Below, piece after piece: positions 27,354 to 36,510 of a stretch of DNA of 64,000 nucleotides (its first letter is position 1; each line of letters begins with the position of its first letter). Location of the stretch: assembly GCA_964358855.1 (NCBI GenBank), contig CAYHQQ010000011.1:11546-75545 (forward strand). Reading direction: 5' to 3'. The position numbers and the translations under genes were made by a program. The notes under the pieces are model-generated. The model did not search any database. It was not told the origin of the DNA and saw only the letters and a list, made by a program, of their open reading frames with translations. The DNA comes from an uncultured Phycisphaeraceae bacterium. Lineage in GTDB: Bacteria; Planctomycetota; Phycisphaerae; Phycisphaerales; UBA1924.

Positions 27354-29499
27354 CGGCTCCGTGATTGCCGTGGTGATCCCTGCGTTGAACGAGGAGGCCG
27401 CGCTCCCCGGCGTCATTGCACGCATCCCCGAATGGGTTGACCGAATTGTCGTCGTCGATAACGGCTCAACAGACCGGACGGCTGCCGTCGCTCGTGCCGC
27501 GGGCGCCGTGGTGGTCTCGGAACCCACACGCGGCTACGGCCGCGCGTGCCAGGCGGGCATCATCGCGGCCGAGACGGACCCTCAACTGTCGCCGGAACTG
27601 CTGGTATTCCTTGACGCCGACGGCAGCGACTTCCCCGAGCAGATGGAGCGAGTAGTTGATCCGATCATCGGGGGCTGCGCCGACATGGTCATCGGATCCC
27701 GGACACGCGGGGTGCTTAACGCGGGGGCGATGACCGCGCCGCAGCGATTCGGCAATCTAATCGCTCCCGCTCTAATCCGGTGTCTGTGGGGAGAGCGGTA
27801 CACTGACCTCGGCCCGTTCCGCGCGATCCGTGTGTCGGCCCTGCGTTCCCTTCGCATGGACGACAACACCTACGGCTGGACCGTGCAGATGCAGATCCGG
27901 GCCGCCCGGGTTGGCTTGCGAACGCTTGAGGTGCCTGTCGACTACGGCTGTCGCCGAGGCGGCGAGTCCAAAATCTCGGGCACGATTCGCGGCGTTGTAA
28001 AGGCAGGCACAAAGATCCTCGCGTGCGTCGGCCAGGAGTACTTCTGGCCGAAGAAGCTCACCAGCGGCGCACGAGAGGCGCTCGGTGTGTTCGCTAAGTA
28101 CCCCGAGCCCGGAAGAGCCAAGACTCGGCTCATTCCCGCGTTGGGAGCGGCGGGCGCTGCGGGTCTGCACGACAGCATGGTCCGTCACACCCTGGCCCGC
28201 GTGAGCGAGTTGCTCAGCCAGCGCGAAGTGGAGTCCCGCGTCTATTCGGCTGGAACCGACCCCGACACCTTCGCACACCACTTCAAGACCCAGGTTCCGT
28301 GCGTGGCGCAGAGTTCCGGCGACCTCGGGCAGCGGATGCTCGCGGCGTTCCGGCACATGCTGCGGGAAGCGACCGCTGCTGTCATCATCGGGACCGACTG
28401 CCCTGACATCTCACCGGGCCTCCTCGGTATGGCGTTCGAGGCGCTGCGATCCTCGGATGTGGTCCTCGGCCCGGCCAGCGACGGCGGATACTACCTCATT
28501 GGTCTGAGGCGCCCCGTCCCGGCACTCTTCGAGAACATGGAGTGGAGCACTGCGACGGTGCTGGCCAAGACGCTTGAACTGGCGTCGTCGCTCGGGCTCT
28601 CGGTCCGGCTCCTGCCCACGCTCAACGACATCGATGAACCACCCGACCTGCCGGTGTGGGATCGTGTCCGTGCCACGTTTGCACCGACCGGTGAGATGCC
28701 ATCACTCTCGGTCATCATTCCCACCCTCAATGAGCAGGGTCGAATCGGCAACCTCGTTGACACGGTTCGCCATCCCGGCGTTGAGGTCATTGTCGCCGAC
28801 GGCGGGAGCGACGACAACACACGCAGCGTCGCGGCTGCACACGGCGCTCGCGTGATCATCGCTTCCCGCGGGCGAGGCCCCCAACTCAACGCCGGCGCTG
28901 CGCTCGCGAGAGGGCAGAACCTGCTGTTCCTGCACGCAGACACCACACTCCCCGAGAACTTCGGTGACATCGTGCGGCGGACGCTCAGCGACTCGTCCGT
29001 GGCGGTCGGGGCCTTCCGCTTCAAACTCGATCGTGCGGGCGTTCTCCTGCGCGTCGTTGAAATCGCCGTGCAGGTCCGCTGCGGCGTCTTCAAGACACCC
29101 TACGGCGATCAGGCGTTGTTCATGAGGCGCGATGTGTTCACACGGCTCATGGGGTTCGCGGCAATCCCGCTGATGGAAGACCTCGACCTCGTCCGCCGTG
29201 CCCGGATGACAGGCCGCGTCACGGTGGTGGACGCACCGGCCATCACCTCCGCCAGGCGATGGGAAGTCGTCGGCGTAATGCGTATGACCGCCATCAACCA
29301 GGCGTGCGTCATCGGTTTTTCGATGGGAATGTCGCCGCAGAGGCTGGCCACGTGGCGAAACCGCCTGTCTGGGAAGAAGCCCGTGCGGGCGAGCGTCCCA
29401 ATTCCGTGCGCCGGTCAGATCGTGCCCGAAGGTTCCTTGGCTCCAAACGCTGCCCGAGCCATCTGCATGGCTTCTTCGGACTTGGACGTAAGGAAGTAG
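27328..29499 (+). CDS. three-domain fusion: GT2 (DPM1-like) + DUF2064/TIGR04282-like + GT2 (TIGR04283-like), 723 aa
   Basis: ATG 27328 is in-frame and overlaps the upstream gene by 26 nt. Domain 1 (about 27328-28070): VIAVVIPALNEEAALPGVI...VVVDNGSTDRT...FLDADGSD. Domain 2 (about 28075-28690): LGVFAKYPEPGRAKTRL...IGTDCPD...DGGYYLIGL. Domain 3 (about 28700-29370): SVIIPTLNEQ...VADGGSDDNT...FLHADT...YGDQALF...RRW. Confidence 0.85.
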   Translation: MNGRSVLRNGSVIAVVIPALNEEAALPGVIARIPEWVDRIVVVDNGSTDRTAAVARAAGAVVVSEPTRGYGRACQAGIIAAETDPQLSPELLVFLDADGSDFPEQMERVVDPIIGGCADMVIGSRTRGVLNAGAMTAPQRFGNLIAPALIRCLWGERYTDLGPFRAIRVSALRSLRMDDNTYGWTVQMQIRAARVGLRTLEVPVDYGCRRGGESKISGTIRGVVKAGTKILACVGQEYFWPKKLTSGAREALGVFAKYPEPGRAKTRLIPALGAAGAAGLHDSMVRHTLARVSELLSQREVESRVYSAGTDPDTFAHHFKTQVPCVAQSSGDLGQRMLAAFRHMLREATAAVIIGTDCPDISPGLLGMAFEALRSSDVVLGPASDGGYYLIGLRRPVPALFENMEWSTATVLAKTLELASSLGLSVRLLPTLNDIDEPPDLPVWDRVRATFAPTGEMPSLSVIIPTLNEQGRIGNLVDTVRHPGVEVIVADGGSDDNTRSVAAAHGARVIIASRGRGPQLNAGAALARGQNLLFLHADTTLPENFGDIVRRTLSDSSVAVGAFRFKLDRAGVLLRVVEIAVQVRCGVFKTPYGDQALFMRRDVFTRLMGFAAIPLMEDLDLVRRARMTGRVTVVDAPAITSARRWEVVGVMRMTAINQACVIGFSMGMSPQRLATWRNRLSGKKPVRASVPIPCAGQIVPEGSLAPNAARAICMASSDLDVRK

Positions 29500-30362
29500 A
29501 TGAATCCGTCCCGACGCCACACGAAGATCTCCGGCGCGACCGACCCCGAAGTGGCGATCTTGTCCACCAGCCGATAGGTCTTGCCGGCCTCAAGGTTCAA
29601 CTCGCCAGTGTCCTGCTGAATGTGGATACTGACCAAGGACCCGCGACCACCATTCGGTTGAACGTCCGTGGTTGACTCAAGCACCATCCGAACCGACTTG
29701 CCGCGACCCGGGACGGCGCACGGTCCCGCCCCAAGGAGCTTGAAGCCGCCGCTTTCGATGTGACCAATATCCGGGGTGCCCCCAAGCACTTTGGAAAACT
29801 CGCTCGGGACATCATCCAGCTTGGTCGTCTTGAACCGCATGCCGATCATGTCGGCGTGGACCTCGCACTCCTGGTGCTGGGTTCCGATGAACGACACCAA
29901 GGATGTCCGATACTGCTGAGTGATCAATGTGCCATCCGCCGGCCCAGAGCCGTGCTGGCGAAGGGTCAGGAAGGCCCCACCTGCGACAATTGCGACCGAA
30001 GCTGCGATCGCCAACCAGCGGACCGACAGCGAGAACCGGCGATGGGGCTGGGTGCTTACCGACGGGAGCGGAAGGTTTGCCCGATACATTCCGGCGGTGC
30101 TGCTCATCGCGACGATGCGGTCACGCAGCGCGGCGGGTGCGGTCTTTGAGGCGAATGCGGCGACCGAACCCCGGAGTTCTCGCTCAAACTGGATGACGCG
30201 CTGATCTTCAGGGTGGGCGGCTATGTGGCGTTCGAGTTCAGCCGTCTTTGCGAGAGTCAGCTCTCCATCCGCAGCGGCGCGGAGAATCTCCGTCCGTGCC
30301 GACACCTGCGACTGCTCCGCAGTGTCCGAACGAGGAACGTGATTGTTGGAATGCTCTTGCAT
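29415..30362 (-). CDS. membrane-spanning anti-sigma factor (degenerate ZAS-like N-domain, extracytoplasmic C-domain)
   Basis: ATG 30362 lies 2 nt after the sigma stop (TTG 30368 is an alternative). The N-terminal LAKTAELERHIAAHPEDQRVIQFEREL resembles the H-x3-C-x2-C anti-sigma helix with the Cys residues replaced. TM helix WLAIAASVAIVAGGAFLTL, then about 180 aa outside. The 3' end overlaps the convergent GT gene by 85 nt. Confidence 0.8.
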   Translation of the reverse strand: MQEHSNNHVPRSDTAEQSQVSARTEILRAAADGELTLAKTAELERHIAAHPEDQRVIQFERELRGSVAAFASKTAPAALRDRIVAMSSTAGMYRANLPLPSVSTQPHRRFSLSVRWLAIAASVAIVAGGAFLTLRQHGSGPADGTLITQQYRTSLVSFIGTQHQECEVHADMIGMRFKTTKLDDVPSEFSKVLGGTPDIGHIESGGFKLLGAGPCAVPGRGKSVRMVLESTTDVQPNGGRGSLVSIHIQQDTGELNLEAGKTYRLVDKIATSGSVAPEIFVWRRDGFIYFLTSKSEEAMQMARAAFGAKEPSGTI

Positions 30363-30364
30363 GT

Positions 30365-30970
30365 TCAATCTCTTGAATCCGCGGCCTGGGCTTCTGGTCG
30401 AGGTTCGATGATGCCAGCGCGTCCGAGTTGCGGGGCCAAGGTCGCGTCGTTTCGAAGAAACCGTGCGGCCTGACTCCTGGCGCGATGGAGCCTGCTCATC
30501 ACCGTGCCGATTGGAACGGCCAAGGCCTCGGCGATCTCACGGTACTTGAGACCCTCGACGCCCCAGAACCACAACACTTCCCTCAACTCGACGCTCATCG
30601 AATCCATCGCCTCCTGCATCCGCGTTCCGGCCAAAGCAAGGTCAATCTCTCCGGCCTCAGCCGCGCTCACCGTTTCTGAGGACTCCCCGGTGTCCCTTGC
30701 CTGATCAGTTACCCGCCTGAGCGCCCGGTTTCCCGCCTGCTCGTGCTCAAGCCGTCCATAAAAACTTGTTCTCGCAATCGTCATCAGCCACGCCCGCATT
30801 CCAGCACCCCGACTCGTGAATCCAGCGATCGACTCGGGACGAAACGCCCGCGCATAGACATCCTGAACGAGTTCCTCCGCAGCGTCCGGGTCCTTTGTGA
30901 GGAAGCGGGAAAAGCGGTAAACCGCGTCAAGCTCAGCTATCGCCAGCTTCTCAAACTCGTCTCGCTGCAT
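30365..30970 (-). CDS. ECF-type RNA polymerase sigma-70 factor
   Basis: Region 2 (AELDAVYRFSRFLTKDPDAAEELVQDVYARAF...MRAWLMTIARTSFY) and region 4 (VLWFWGVEGLKYREIAEALAVPIGTVMSRLHRARSQ). Confidence 0.9.
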   Translation of the reverse strand: MQRDEFEKLAIAELDAVYRFSRFLTKDPDAAEELVQDVYARAFRPESIAGFTSRGAGMRAWLMTIARTSFYGRLEHEQAGNRALRRVTDQARDTGESSETVSAAEAGEIDLALAGTRMQEAMDSMSVELREVLWFWGVEGLKYREIAEALAVPIGTVMSRLHRARSQAARFLRNDATLAPQLGRAGIIEPRPEAQAADSRD

Positions 30971-30981
30971 GAGTTGTCCAG

Positions 30982-31015
30982 AGAGGTAATGGCCACGGTG
31001 ATCAGCCTATTCCCC
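30982..31015 (-). promoter_or_regulatory. bipartite motif, copy S4 (GGGGAATAG-N16-ATTACCTCT), candidate autoregulated ECF promoter
   Basis: On the minus strand it reads GGAAT-N18-ATT, ending about 12 nt before the sigma ATG (30970). 14/18 match to S1/S2 with an identical spacer length. Confidence 0.45.
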
Positions 31016-31273
31016 AGGAACACGAAGCGCCCGGCGAAGAGGCAGGCTTCCGTTCGGGATGGTGGGAACAGTAGGGCTAAACACCAATCCATCGGCAGCG
31101 TTCGCGTTCGATCGGGTTCGATCGGAAATACCCAGCGGAACACTTTCGATTAGGGGCCGTTGGCCTCAGGGGAATGATGACTGCCGCCGAGCTTGTCCAA
31201 GTGACCTGCCCGTGATAATTTGAGCCAATCTGAGTGAGAGCAAGCTCGCAAAGCACCAACTAGAATTGGGTGC

Positions 31274-31768
31274 ATGACCACCCTCCGCGACCTCCTGCTC
31301 CCTGGCCTCACCGGATGCATTGGCGGCCACGGGTCGATTCACCGCCAGGCCCTCCCCTCGCCGGTCGTCGGCGCTTGGCGCCATGCCTGCCGACTCGGTA
31401 TTGGCAGGTTGCGCGTCAAGATCACCGAGGAAGTTCCCGCGACCACAGGCCAGAACTACCACCTTGTCGGAGCGCTCGCGCCGCCACCGGTCGGCCGCGT
31501 CCAGGTCGCGTTGCACGTGATTCATCCCTTCATCGGAGCGTGGCGCTTCACCACGGAATGCGGAGGGCAGGACGGCCGCGAGTACTGGGATCCGCCGTTG
31601 AACCCCGCCGAGCTTCCCGAGGGGCTGGTCCTCATCCCGGCGGAACTGTTGTCACGGCGATTCGAGCCCGAAGCGTGGATGCGCGACTTGATCGAAGACG
31701 CCTGGACCGACATCCGCGTGCACAAGCCGCGCACCGTGGGCGAGCTCGTCTTCAACTGGTACGACTAG
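31274..31768 (+). CDS. hypothetical protein (164 aa)
   Basis: High GC3 in this frame. No recognisable motif. The competing antisense ORF (31166..31525) is less coding-like. Confidence 0.5.
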   Translation: MTTLRDLLLPGLTGCIGGHGSIHRQALPSPVVGAWRHACRLGIGRLRVKITEEVPATTGQNYHLVGALAPPPVGRVQVALHVIHPFIGAWRFTTECGGQDGREYWDPPLNPAELPEGLVLIPAELLSRRFEPEAWMRDLIEDAWTDIRVHKPRTVGELVFNWYD

Positions 31769-31835
31769 GCTCCTGGTGTTGTCCCCGGCGCGTGGGCCGG
31801 CTTTGACGTGCCACGTCACACTCCAAAGGAATCGC

Positions 31836-32393
31836 ATGGAACTCCTGCTCCCCCTCTGGCTCCCCATCCTGCTTTCCGCGGGCGTCGTCTGGTTCGTTTC
31901 CATCATCTTCGGGATGGCCCTGCCGCATCACAAGCAGGACTGGATCGGTTTGCCCGACGAGGATGGCTTCATGGAGGATCTCCGCAAGCGCGGCATCAAG
32001 CCCGGCAACTACCTGTTTCCCGATTTCCGCACGAGCGAGCAGTTGAAGTCGGCGAAGGTGGAGAGGGCTTTGAAAGAAGGGCCGGTCGGGCACCTGAGCG
32101 TCTGGAGGACGCCGTTGACCATGGGCGACAAGATGATCGCCACGTTCTTCGTCCACATGGTCGTCAGCATCCTCATCGCCTATCTCGCGCGCGTTGCGCT
32201 TCCGGGCGCGGCGCCCTTTGCAAAGGTTTTCCAGGTCGCGGGCACGGCGGGCATCCTCGCCTACGGCTTCTCACACATCCCCAGCGCCCTGTGGTGGGGC
32301 TCGTACAAGCGAACCATCGTTGCCAATGTCATTGACGCCATCCTCTACGGTGCGATCATCGGGGCCATCTTCGCCTGGCGGTGGCCGCACTGA
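31836..32393 (+). CDS. hypothetical membrane protein (185 aa, about 4 TM)
   Basis: Trimmed to ATG 31836 (AAAGGA upstream). MELLLPLWLPILLSAGVVWFVSIIFGM plus further helices. Confidence 0.65.
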   Translation: MELLLPLWLPILLSAGVVWFVSIIFGMALPHHKQDWIGLPDEDGFMEDLRKRGIKPGNYLFPDFRTSEQLKSAKVERALKEGPVGHLSVWRTPLTMGDKMIATFFVHMVVSILIAYLARVALPGAAPFAKVFQVAGTAGILAYGFSHIPSALWWGSYKRTIVANVIDAILYGAIIGAIFAWRWPH

Positions 32394-32605
32394 CGCGGCG
32401 GGCTCACTCTCCGGCGGTGTCAAGAGAGGGCCTTGTCGCAGTGACGTGCATTGTCGGTGCCCCCACATCCTGGAGACCTTGCCGGGTCCGCACTTTGCTT
32501 GTCACCGGCTCAACGTCTCGGCGCTGCTCAAGAGCAGCAACCAATCGCCATTGGCGGTGAGATCGGCGATCGTCACGCGGACCAGAATCGCGCGCCCGCG
32601 GACTT

Positions 32606-34561
32606 CTAGGCGGCGTTCGCGCGTGGCCATTTGGGCGTGGAGTCGGTGAGTGTCCGCTCGTTCTCCTTGAGCAAGGCTTGAACGGCAACCGCGTCGACAG
32701 GGCGTGACATGTAGTAACCCTGTCCGCTGCTGCATCCCAGGGCTTGCAACTGGGCGAGTTGCTCGATGGTCTCGATTCCTTCGGCGATCACCTTGACCCT
32801 TCGGTTGCTCGCCATGGTCTGAATCGCGTTCACGATATTGGCGACCCGCCCATCGAGGCCCATGCCCGACACGAACGAACGATCGATCTTGACGGCGTCG
32901 ATGGGAAGCGTGTGGAACGAACTCAAGGAGGAGTAGCCCGTGCCAAAGTCGTCCAGGTGGAGCCCGACCCCCATCTCTCGGATCGAGGCCAGCTGCTTGC
33001 ACACGGCCTCGATATTGTCGATGAAGGCACTCTCGGTGATCTCGATATTGAGGCACTCGCCCGGCAGGCCGGTGTCCCTGATGATCCTAGCGATCGCGTC
33101 GGCCAACCCCGCGACGGCGAGTTGCTTGGTGGACACGTTGACGCTGACGCAGAGGCTCTTGTGTGCCGGGAAGCGTTCGTGCCAGATTCTCAGCTGCTGG
33201 CAGCTTTCCCGCATCACCCACAGGCCCAGCTCGTGGATGACACCTGTTTCCTCGGCGACGGGGATGAACAGGGCCGGGCCAAGGGTTCCCAGCTCGGGAT
33301 GGTCCCAGCGCACCAGCGCCTCGACGCTCTCGATGAGCCCGGATTCCAATGACACGATGGGCTGGTACAGCACACGCAATTGAGAGAGCGAGATCGCACT
33401 CTTGAGGTCGTTGCTCAGCCTGCGCTCCGACAGCACCTTCTGACGGATTGTCTCGTCGTACTCGCACACCTGCCCCTTGCCCGTCTCCTTGGCCTGGTAC
33501 AGGGCCGCGTCGGCGTCGCGAAGCAGGTCATCGGGGACGAGATGCTCGGGGCATCCCAGGACGAAGCCGATACTGACGTTGACAGCGACCTGGTGGCCCG
33601 CCATGACGGTTGGTTGGGCGATTGTCCTCTGGAGGCGCTGGGCGATGACGCGCACCTCGTCCGCGGAGTTCACGTCGTCGAGCAGCAGTACAAACTCGTC
33701 TCCCCCCAGCCGGGCGGGGATGTCTCCGCCCACGCGCATGGCGGAATCGAGGGACCTCAGGCTGCCCTCAAGCCGCTTGCCGACCTCGACCAGCAGGTAG
33801 TCACCCATCGCGTGCCCCAGCGTGTCGTTGATCGACTTGAAGTTGTCCAGGTCGAGAAAGAGCACGGCGTACTTGAAGGCGGCGTCGCGCTTGGACCGCT
33901 CGATGCAACGCTCGATCCTCTCGTTGATGAGCAACCGGTTGGGCAGCGAGGTCAGCGAGTCGTACTTGAGTTGCCCTTCAACGGTCCTTCTGGCCTCGAC
34001 TTCCAGCTGCAAGCGAGCGTGGGAGAGCTCAAGGGCTTGCCGGGCGGCAACGGCGTTGGTCTCGGCGAGTCGCTTTTGCGACAGCGAGTTGGCAAGCTGC
34101 CAGACCTCGGCGGCGTCAAACGGCTTGCGAAGGAGCAGGAGACGGTGCGTCTGGCCCAGTCGTTGCGCGATGTCGTCCCACGGATGGTCCGAGTATGCCG
34201 TGCAGATCACGACATCGAGGTTCGGATCGGCCTTCCACAGTTGTTCCACGGTTTGGGTGCCATCCCAGCCCGGCGGCATGCGCATGTCGACGAACGCCAT
34301 GGAGTACGGTCGGCCCTCCGCCAGAGCTTTGTTCAGGAGCGAGACACCCTCGCGCCCCTGAGAGGCGGCGTCCACCTCGAACGTTGCTGTGGGCGTTGTC
34401 GCGGGCGTTTGGGGCGTCTTCCCGAACAGCGCGGCGTCCATCGCGTCCAAGGCGTCGCTTCCACCCGCGGCACGGCACAGGATCGTGCGATAGGCCTTCT
34501 GGATGGATTGCTCGTCATCGATCACCAGAATCCTGCTGGATGTTGGGGCGTTGGCTTTCAT
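32606..34561 (-). CDS. response regulator with GGDEF and EAL domains (REC-GGDEF-EAL)
   Basis: ATG 34561 overlaps the kinase stop as ATGA. REC domain (RILVIDDEQS...AFVDMRMPPGWDG), RLGGDEFVLLL (GGDEF) and VEALVRWDHPELG (EAL). The 190-aa ORF-track N-extension is Arg-rich and was rejected. Confidence 0.9.
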   Translation of the reverse strand: MKANAPTSSRILVIDDEQSIQKAYRTILCRAAGGSDALDAMDAALFGKTPQTPATTPTATFEVDAASQGREGVSLLNKALAEGRPYSMAFVDMRMPPGWDGTQTVEQLWKADPNLDVVICTAYSDHPWDDIAQRLGQTHRLLLLRKPFDAAEVWQLANSLSQKRLAETNAVAARQALELSHARLQLEVEARRTVEGQLKYDSLTSLPNRLLINERIERCIERSKRDAAFKYAVLFLDLDNFKSINDTLGHAMGDYLLVEVGKRLEGSLRSLDSAMRVGGDIPARLGGDEFVLLLDDVNSADEVRVIAQRLQRTIAQPTVMAGHQVAVNVSIGFVLGCPEHLVPDDLLRDADAALYQAKETGKGQVCEYDETIRQKVLSERRLSNDLKSAISLSQLRVLYQPIVSLESGLIESVEALVRWDHPELGTLGPALFIPVAEETGVIHELGLWVMRESCQQLRIWHERFPAHKSLCVSVNVSTKQLAVAGLADAIARIIRDTGLPGECLNIEITESAFIDNIEAVCKQLASIREMGVGLHLDDFGTGYSSLSSFHTLPIDAVKIDRSFVSGMGLDGRVANIVNAIQTMASNRRVKVIAEGIETIEQLAQLQALGCSSGQGYYMSRPVDAVAVQALLKENERTLTDSTPKWPRANAA

Positions 34562-36465
34562 GCGGCGACACTCTCCTGGGCGACACGGCTGGGAAGGTCC
34601 AGGCGGAAAGCGGCTCCGGTGCTCCCGCTCGGCTCCATCATGGCGAGCGTCCCGTTCATCTCGCGAACAGCCAACCAGCTGAAGTGCAGGCCGATGCCAT
34701 GCCCATCGGGCTTGGTGGTGAATCCCTTGCTGAAGAGCCTGTCCCTGTACTGAGGACTGACGCCAGGACCGTTGTCGCTGATCTCCACGAAGGCGGTTCC
34801 AAGTGCGCCGCGTCCACCTCGGATCGTGATGAGCGGCCCAGGAGTCTTCGCCCCGACCAGCGCTTCCTTGGCGTTGGAGATCAGGTTGACGAGCACCTGC
34901 GACAACTTCGAGCGGTCGCAACTGACGAGCACAGACGACTCCACTTCCACCGCAAGGCCGACGCCGTGCCTTTGCAACGACGCGGTGATGACATGGAGCG
35001 CCTTGGTGATGACATCGCCGAGGTTGGCGTGCTCGACGAAGTTGGACGAGGACGCGATGCCCTGGTGAGAAGCCACGATGTCCTTCACGTGCTGCAGGCC
35101 CTCGCGCAGACCCGCAAGGTCCTGCTGACAATCCGCGAGTTCGAGATTGAGATGGCTCGCGAGCTGCGCGAGGTAGGCGGGAATCTGCTGTCCCGGACGC
35201 CCGTTCTCGAAGAACCCGGGCAGATCGGTCTGGTGCTCGGAAAGCAGGTCGGACACCTTCGAGAGACGGGGAGCTGCGGAGCCGGCGAGCTTGCTCGTGA
35301 GTGTGTCCGCCAGAACATTCACGTTCGTCATTGCATTGCCGACGTTGTGGAGCACGCCGGCGGCGACCTCCGCCATGCCGGCTTGTCGCGAGAGGGAGAC
35401 CGAGTTGGCACGGCCCTCCTCCAACTGTGAGAGCATCCCGTCAAACGCCCGCGCAAGGGTGCCCAGTTCATCCCCGCGCTTGAGGTCGACGCGACCCTCC
35501 AGCCGCCCGCTCTTGCCGATATGGGTCGCGTGCTTCGTGAGGGTGCCGAGCGGCTCGAGTACCAACCATCGCATGGCGTAGAGCAGAACACCAAGCGTGA
35601 GCAATCCGGCGGACAGGAGGGACACCGTGGCCATGTGCAGAGCACCGTTGCCCCGCGATGTGATCTGTCGCTTTCCATCGGTCTTGATGAGCATGACGGG
35701 TGAGTCGTCGACCGCCCGCATGACACCGCGAACCGCCAGGCGCTGGGCGTCAATAATTTCCTCCACGGGAGAGTCGCTCTCAATCGCCGCCGCCATGCCG
35801 GCTCGGTCCGCCTGGGTCACGCTCTCGCTGGAGACATCCCAGGTGTCGAACTGCACGCCTGTCTGTGCCCGGAGTGACTCGACCACCTCCGCGGTGATGA
35901 GGCGGCCGAAGATGAGCACACCCCCAAGTGGTCCTTCGTTGTTGCTCTTGAGGATCGGGCGAGCGGCGAGGATCATGAGGCCCAGTTCCGTTCGGGCGAT
36001 ACCCGAGACGCTGCTTTCCTTGGTGCCGGTGACGGCCATGAGTGGGTGCCCAGCGGGCAGACGCTCCTTGGGCATGAAGGCGAGCACGGCCGGCTCGCCC
36101 GTGGGCAACGATGCCAGGTGACTCCAGTACACCGTGCCGTCGGGCTTGCAGAAGTACACGAGATCGATCTTCTGATCCGTGTACCATTCAACGTTCTCGA
36201 GATTCTCGCTGACAAAGCTCGGGTTGGTGTTCTGCACGAACGTGTACGCGTGGTCCCAGGAGGACCAGTCAAAGCACGCCAGCGACAGCGCTTCCCGCTC
36301 CCGAACAATCGCGTTGCGGCAGCGTTCCCAGTCCTTCACCGCGTCATCATGCTCGAGCGCACGAAAGCTGGGCGCGATCGCGAAGCGTTGGATCGCGTAG
36401 TTGACCACAACAGAGACCGTGAGAATCGTGGCGAGCAGCAGGGTGAGTTTGAGCCTGAGTTGCAT
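34558..36465 (-). CDS. sensor histidine kinase with CHASE4-like periplasmic domain and HAMP
   Basis: N-terminal TM, then a DWSSWDHAYTFV-type CHASE4-like region, a second TM, HAMP, H-box GVLHNVGNAM, and an ATPase domain (ISDNGPGV, GHGIGL). Confidence 0.88.
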   Translation of the reverse strand: MQLRLKLTLLLATILTVSVVVNYAIQRFAIAPSFRALEHDDAVKDWERCRNAIVREREALSLACFDWSSWDHAYTFVQNTNPSFVSENLENVEWYTDQKIDLVYFCKPDGTVYWSHLASLPTGEPAVLAFMPKERLPAGHPLMAVTGTKESSVSGIARTELGLMILAARPILKSNNEGPLGGVLIFGRLITAEVVESLRAQTGVQFDTWDVSSESVTQADRAGMAAAIESDSPVEEIIDAQRLAVRGVMRAVDDSPVMLIKTDGKRQITSRGNGALHMATVSLLSAGLLTLGVLLYAMRWLVLEPLGTLTKHATHIGKSGRLEGRVDLKRGDELGTLARAFDGMLSQLEEGRANSVSLSRQAGMAEVAAGVLHNVGNAMTNVNVLADTLTSKLAGSAAPRLSKVSDLLSEHQTDLPGFFENGRPGQQIPAYLAQLASHLNLELADCQQDLAGLREGLQHVKDIVASHQGIASSSNFVEHANLGDVITKALHVITASLQRHGVGLAVEVESSVLVSCDRSKLSQVLVNLISNAKEALVGAKTPGPLITIRGGRGALGTAFVEISDNGPGVSPQYRDRLFSKGFTTKPDGHGIGLHFSWLAVREMNGTLAMMEPSGSTGAAFRLDLPSRVAQESVAA

Positions 36466-36510
36466 TCAAAGGTCCTTCCACGGCCGGCGGGCGCGAGAGC
36501 AGTGCGTCAC

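Noticed and set aside
31106-31125. The tandem direct repeat GTTCGATCGG x2 upstream of the ECF sigma gene, as a regulatory element.
   Set aside because: There are only two 10-nt units. It lies more than 130 nt from the sigma start codon, beyond the better S4 candidate, and no partner sites occur elsewhere in the window.
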